Below, piece by piece: positions 33,189 to 36,643 of a stretch of DNA of 36,643 bases (position 1 is the stretch's first letter; each line of letters begins with the position of its first letter). The notes beneath the pieces were generated by a model that was given only the letters and a program-made list of their open reading frames with translations, was not told where the DNA came from and ran no database searches. This stretch comes from Gammaproteobacteria bacterium (GTDB taxonomy: Bacteria > Pseudomonadota > Gammaproteobacteria > Ga0077536). The position numbers were made by a program, and so were the translations under genes. The stretch spans positions 1 through 36,643 of the forward strand of contig JADZCB010000123.1 of NCBI GenBank assembly GCA_020851775.1. The letters are read 5' to 3'.

Positions 33189-34175
33189 ATGAGCAAGAAA
33201 TCCACCCCGGCGCGCAGTGGGCAGGATACCGACATGCTGCTCGCGTGCTATCGCGGCATGCTGCGCATCCGCAAGGTCGAGCAGCGTCTGTCGAAACTGT
33301 TCGCCGACAAGGAGATCCCCGGCTTCATCCACTTGAGCATCGGTCAGGAATCGGTGCCCGTGGCGATCAGCCGCCATCTGCGCGACACGGACACGATCGC
33401 CGCGACCCACCGCGGACACGGCCAGGCGCTCGCGAAAGGCATCGATCTGACAGGCTTCGTCGCCGAGATGATGGGCCGCGAGCACGGCATCTGCCGCGGG
33501 CGTGGCGGCTCGATGCACATCGCCGACGCGAAGCTCGGCATGCTCGGCGCGAACGGCATCGTCGGCGGCGGCATCTCGCTCGCGACCGGCAGCGCGCTGG
33601 CGCACAAGCTCGCCGGCAACGGTGATCTCGCGGTGTGCTATTTCGGCGACGGCGCACTCGCCGAAGGCATCTTCCACGAATGCCTGAATCTCGCCGCGCT
33701 GTGGTCGCTGCCGGTGCTGTTCGCCTGCGAGAACAACGGCTGGGGCGAATTTTCGCGTACCGATCGCCAGTTCTGCGGCAGCCTCGAACGGCTCGCGGGT
33801 GCCTTCGGCGTGCCCTACCGCTACGCCGACGGCCTCGACGTCATCGAGGTCACCGATGTCGCCGGGACCTTGATCGCGCAGATGCGCGAGGATCGCAGGC
33901 CGGCCGTGCTCGAATGCCGCGTCGAGCGTTTCCACGGCCACTACGAAGGCGATCCGCAGAAGTATCGCGATCCCGCCGAGATGGCGCTGCTCGCCGAGCG
34001 TGATCCGCTGGCGCGGGCCCGCCAGGCGCTCACCGCCGCCGGGGTCGATACCGCGCGTTTCGAGGCGCTCGAGGCGGAGATCGAGGCCGAAATCGACGCG
34101 GCCGTCGCTGAGGCGCGCGCCGCGCCCATCCCCGATTTCGCGGCGGCCAGCGCCGACGTCTACGCGCAGGCCTAG
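33189..34175 (+). CDS. Thiamine-diphosphate-dependent 2-oxoacid/acetoin dehydrogenase E1 alpha subunit
   Basis: Internal ATG 33189 of ORF 32529..34175 (in frame). The TPP motif is GDGALAEGIFHECLNLAALWSLPVLFACENN. Length 328 aa. Confidence 0.9.
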   Translation: MSKKSTPARSGQDTDMLLACYRGMLRIRKVEQRLSKLFADKEIPGFIHLSIGQESVPVAISRHLRDTDTIAATHRGHGQALAKGIDLTGFVAEMMGREHGICRGRGGSMHIADAKLGMLGANGIVGGGISLATGSALAHKLAGNGDLAVCYFGDGALAEGIFHECLNLAALWSLPVLFACENNGWGEFSRTDRQFCGSLERLAGAFGVPYRYADGLDVIEVTDVAGTLIAQMREDRRPAVLECRVERFHGHYEGDPQKYRDPAEMALLAERDPLARARQALTAAGVDTARFEALEAEIEAEIDAAVAEARAAPIPDFAAASADVYAQA

Positions 34176-34177
34176 TC

Positions 34178-35152
34178 ATGGAACAGTTGCGCTTCGGTCA
34201 GGCAATCGGCAAGGCACTCGCGGATGCGATGGAGGCCGATCCCAAAGTCATCCTGCTCGGCGAAGACATCGGCGAGGCCGGTGGTCCGTTCGGCGTCACG
34301 CGCGGGTTGTATCAGCGATTCGGCGCCCAACGGGTGTTCGACTTCCCGATCTCGGAAGCGGCCCTGGTCGGCACGGCCGCCGGCGCCGCGCTGTCGGGCC
34401 TGCGCCCGGTCGCCGAGATCATGTTCATGGACTTCTGCACGCTGGCGATGGACGCGATCGTGAACCAGGCCGCGAAGGCCCATTTCATGTTCGGCGGCCA
34501 GACTGCCGTGCCGATCGTCGTGCGCGCGCCGCATGGCGGCGGCGTCAATGCCGGCGCCCAGCATTCGCAATGCCTCGAGGCCTGGTTCGCGCATGTGCCG
34601 GGCTTGACCGTCGTGTGCCCGGCAACGCCGGCCGACGCCTACGGCCTGTTGCGCACCGCGATCGCTTCGCCGGATCCGGTGCTCTACATCGAGAACAAGG
34701 CGCTGTACGCACGCAAGGGCGAGTTTCCGGACACCCCGGCGGCGATTCCCTTCGGTCAGGCACGGACCGCACGCGCCGGCCGCGACGTCACCGTCGTCAC
34801 CTACGGGGCGGCGCTGTACCAGGCCGAAGCCGCCGCGACCCAGGCGGCCGAAAAAGGCATCGACGTCGAAATCATCGACCTGCGTTCGTTGCAGCCGTGG
34901 GACGAGGCAGGCGTGCTCGCCTCGCTCGCGCGCACGCACCGGCTGGTGATTTTCCACGAAGCGGTCGAAGCCTTCGGTGTCGGCGCCGAAATCGCCGCGC
35001 GCATGGCCGATGTCGGGTTCGACGAACTCGACGCCCCGATCGTGCGGGTCGGCGCGCCGTTCATGCCGACACCCTATGCCCCCAACCTCGAAAGCGCCTT
35101 CCTCCCCGACGCGTCGCGCCTGCTGGCGGCGATCGAACGGGTCATGGCCTGA
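34178..35152 (+). CDS. 2-oxoacid/acetoin dehydrogenase E1 beta subunit
   Basis: 324 aa. It starts 2 nt after the E1 alpha stop. Family features are VILLGEDIGEAGGPFGVTRGLYQRFG..RVFDFPISEAA and the C-terminal transketolase-like domain. Confidence 0.92.
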   Translation: MEQLRFGQAIGKALADAMEADPKVILLGEDIGEAGGPFGVTRGLYQRFGAQRVFDFPISEAALVGTAAGAALSGLRPVAEIMFMDFCTLAMDAIVNQAAKAHFMFGGQTAVPIVVRAPHGGGVNAGAQHSQCLEAWFAHVPGLTVVCPATPADAYGLLRTAIASPDPVLYIENKALYARKGEFPDTPAAIPFGQARTARAGRDVTVVTYGAALYQAEAAATQAAEKGIDVEIIDLRSLQPWDEAGVLASLARTHRLVIFHEAVEAFGVGAEIAARMADVGFDELDAPIVRVGAPFMPTPYAPNLESAFLPDASRLLAAIERVMA

Positions 35153-35167
35153 ACTCAGGAAGCTCCA

Positions 35168-35959
35168 ATGACGACTCAGCGCCAGAACATCCTGCTCGAC
35201 GTCCGCAATCACCAGGCGTGGCTGACGATCAACCGCCCGACGACGCTGAACGCCCTCGACATCCCGACGCTGCTCGAACTCGAAACGGCGTTCACCGCAG
35301 CGCACGAGGATCCCGATGTGCGCGTGATCGTGCTGACCGGCGCCGGCGATCGCGCCTTCGTCGCCGGCGGCGACATCGCCGATCTGGATTCGCGCCAGGG
35401 TCTCGCGCACTACCAGGAGTTCGCCGAAGTCATCCATCGCGTGTTCCGCCGGATCGAAACGAGCGACAAGCCGACGATTTGCGCGGTGAACGGCTGGGCG
35501 CTCGGTGGCGGCACCGAGATCCTGCTGTGCACCGACATACGGGTGGTGTCCGAGAAGGCACGCCTCGGGTTGCCGGAAATCACGCTCGGCCTGTTTCCCG
35601 GTGCCGGCGGCACGCAACGCTTCATCCGTCAGATCCCGCCGTGTCGTGCGAAGGAACTGATGTACACGGGGGATCAAATCACCGCCGCCGAGGCGCTGAC
35701 TCTGGGTCTCGTCAATCATGTCGTGGCGCCTGATCAACTCGTCGCCAAGGTCAGCGAGATTGCGGCGAAGATTACGCACAAGTCACCGCTGGTGCTGAAA
35801 CTGCTGAAGCGTTCGATGAGCAACGGCATCGACATGCCGATGCCCGCCGCGCTCGCCTATGAACAGGCGATGATCGGGCTCGTGCTCGATTCGAAGGACT
35901 CGCACGAAGGCTGTCAGGCCTTCCTCGCCAAGCGCGCGGCCAACTTCAAGGGCGAGTGA
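35168..35959 (+). CDS. Enoyl-CoA hydratase/isomerase (crotonase superfamily)
   Basis: 263 aa. Family features are VIVLTGAGDRAFVAGGDI, AVNGWALGGGTEILLCTDIRV and LGLPEITLGLFPGAGGTQRF. An AGGAAG SD lies upstream. Confidence 0.92.
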   Translation: MTTQRQNILLDVRNHQAWLTINRPTTLNALDIPTLLELETAFTAAHEDPDVRVIVLTGAGDRAFVAGGDIADLDSRQGLAHYQEFAEVIHRVFRRIETSDKPTICAVNGWALGGGTEILLCTDIRVVSEKARLGLPEITLGLFPGAGGTQRFIRQIPPCRAKELMYTGDQITAAEALTLGLVNHVVAPDQLVAKVSEIAAKITHKSPLVLKLLKRSMSNGIDMPMPAALAYEQAMIGLVLDSKDSHEGCQAFLAKRAANFKGE

Positions 35960-35964
35960 TCCGG

Positions 35965-36643
35965 GTGAGCGCCGAACGCGCGATCCGTCTGCCCAAACTC
36001 GGGCTGACGATGACCGAAGGCACCCTCGTCGAGTGGCTGGTGCAACCCGGCCAGACCGTGCAGGCCGGCGATCTGCTGTACATCTGCGAGACCGAGAAGA
36101 TCGCGAACGAAATTGCGGCCGACGAAGGCGGCACGATCGGCGCGCTGCTCGTCGAGCCCGGCATGACGGTCGAAGTCGGGACGGTACTCGCGACCTGGGC
36201 CGGCAGCCCGCTTTCCGTCGCGCCGCCGGCGCTGCCCTCCGTCACTGCAGCGCTGCCGGCGGCCGCGAACGGCCTGCCCGATGCCGGCGCGACATCGGCC
36301 TCGGCCCGCGACGGCCGGCTGCTCGCCACGCCGCATGCGCGCAAGCTCGCCCGTGCGCGCGGTGTCGATTTGAGTCTGATCGTCGGCACGGGTCCGAAAG
36401 GCCGGATCAAGGCCTGTGACGTGCCGAGTGCGGCCTCGGCCGTGGCGCCGCGCGCCGCAGCGCCCGCAGTCGCGACCCCTCCCGGCGTCGCGCAGGCCGT
36501 CGTGTCGACGGCCGCGCAACGCACCGTCGCGGCGCGCATGGCGCAGAGCAAACGCGAGATCCCTCATTTCTATCTCGACACCGCGGCCGACGTCGGCGCC
36601 CTTCTCGATCTGCACCGGCAGGCGAAAGCACGCGCCGGCGGCG
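35965..36643 (+). CDS. Dihydrolipoamide acyltransferase (E2) component, N-terminal 226 codons; continues past the window end
   Basis: Absent from the ORF track because it is open-ended. My translation from GTG 35965 reads VSAERAIRLPKLGLTMTEGTLVEWLVQPGQTVQAGDLLYICETEKIANEI (lipoyl domain, with Lys in ETEKI). Ala/Pro linkers follow. The E3-binding domain is ATPHARKLARARGVDLSLIVGTGPKGRI. The catalytic domain starts at TVAARMAQSKREIPHFYL. Confidence 0.88.
   Translation, partial: MSAERAIRLPKLGLTMTEGTLVEWLVQPGQTVQAGDLLYICETEKIANEIAADEGGTIGALLVEPGMTVEVGTVLATWAGSPLSVAPPALPSVTAALPAAANGLPDAGATSASARDGRLLATPHARKLARARGVDLSLIVGTGPKGRIKACDVPSAASAVAPRAAAPAVATPPGVAQAVVSTAAQRTVAARMAQSKREIPHFYLDTAADVGALLDLHRQAKARAGG

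Noticed and set aside
34000-35779. Two long ORFs overlapping E1beta and the crotonase: 34000..35733 (plus strand, 577 aa) and 34172..35779 (minus strand, 535 aa).
   Set aside because: The minus-strand ORF is the reverse-complement-codon shadow of E1beta and the crotonase, which share a frame. The plus-strand ORF is an off-frame Arg/Pro/Gly-rich read typical of GC-rich DNA. The annotated frames carry clear family motifs.
1-36643. A phage-defence, toxin-antitoxin, CRISPR or mobile-element system somewhere in the window.
   Set aside because: I found no large ATPase/nuclease/helicase pairs, reverse transcriptase, Cas genes, direct-repeat arrays, integrase, transposase, tRNA attachment site or small TA-like gene pairs. 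The NYN domain protein is the only nuclease-like fold, and it sits in a metabolic context.

Overview
This is a 36.6-kb high-GC proteobacterial chromosomal segment (by eye about two-thirds G+C, not computed). Gene content and the style of the intergenic repeats suggest a betaproteobacterium, but that is inference only. The window is almost fully coding. I call 38 protein genes. Two of them run off the window edges and are missing from the ORF track because they are open-ended: an MMPL transporter at 1..1247 (minus) and an E2 acyltransferase at 35965..36643 (plus). I see no rRNA, tRNA, CRISPR array, transposase, integrase or phage genes. Most of the very long ORFs in the track are antisense shadows of real genes.

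Content by block:
(i) 1-7687, envelope and miscellaneous genes: MMPL transporter, DUF2490 protein, family III CoA-transferase, FecR-domain protein, lipoprotein alpha/beta hydrolase, short-passenger autotransporter, PHP/TrpH.
(ii) 7696-18560, an orphan molybdenum-hydroxylase island: coxM/S/L-like genes plus a tail-anchored CoxG on the minus strand, divergent from a hisD-like / acetoacetate-decarboxylase-like / SDR / TetR / SMP-30 lactonase / XdhC / MocA operon.
(iii) An LLM oxidoreductase, and a NYN-LOTUS protein translationally coupled to a long acyl-CoA dehydrogenase.
(iv) A mixed block: hypothetical protein, secreted S1 protease, RluA-type pseudouridine synthase, transglutaminase-like protein, DUF169, MaoC dehydratase, YjdF, DUF3429, tandem USP.
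(v) 29397-36643, a second orphan catabolic island: a GS-like ligase / PNPOx-like / FGase-like operon, divergent from an isochorismatase-like hydrolase and an E1alpha-E1beta-crotonase-E2 operon.

The best candidates for something undescribed are the two orphan catabolic islands (their substrates cannot be read from the sequence), the NYN-LOTUS / acyl-CoA dehydrogenase coupling, and a dispersed intergenic inverted-repeat family built from 9-bp CAYNGAGGR units at three loci. None of these can be shown to be novel without database searches, which I could not run.
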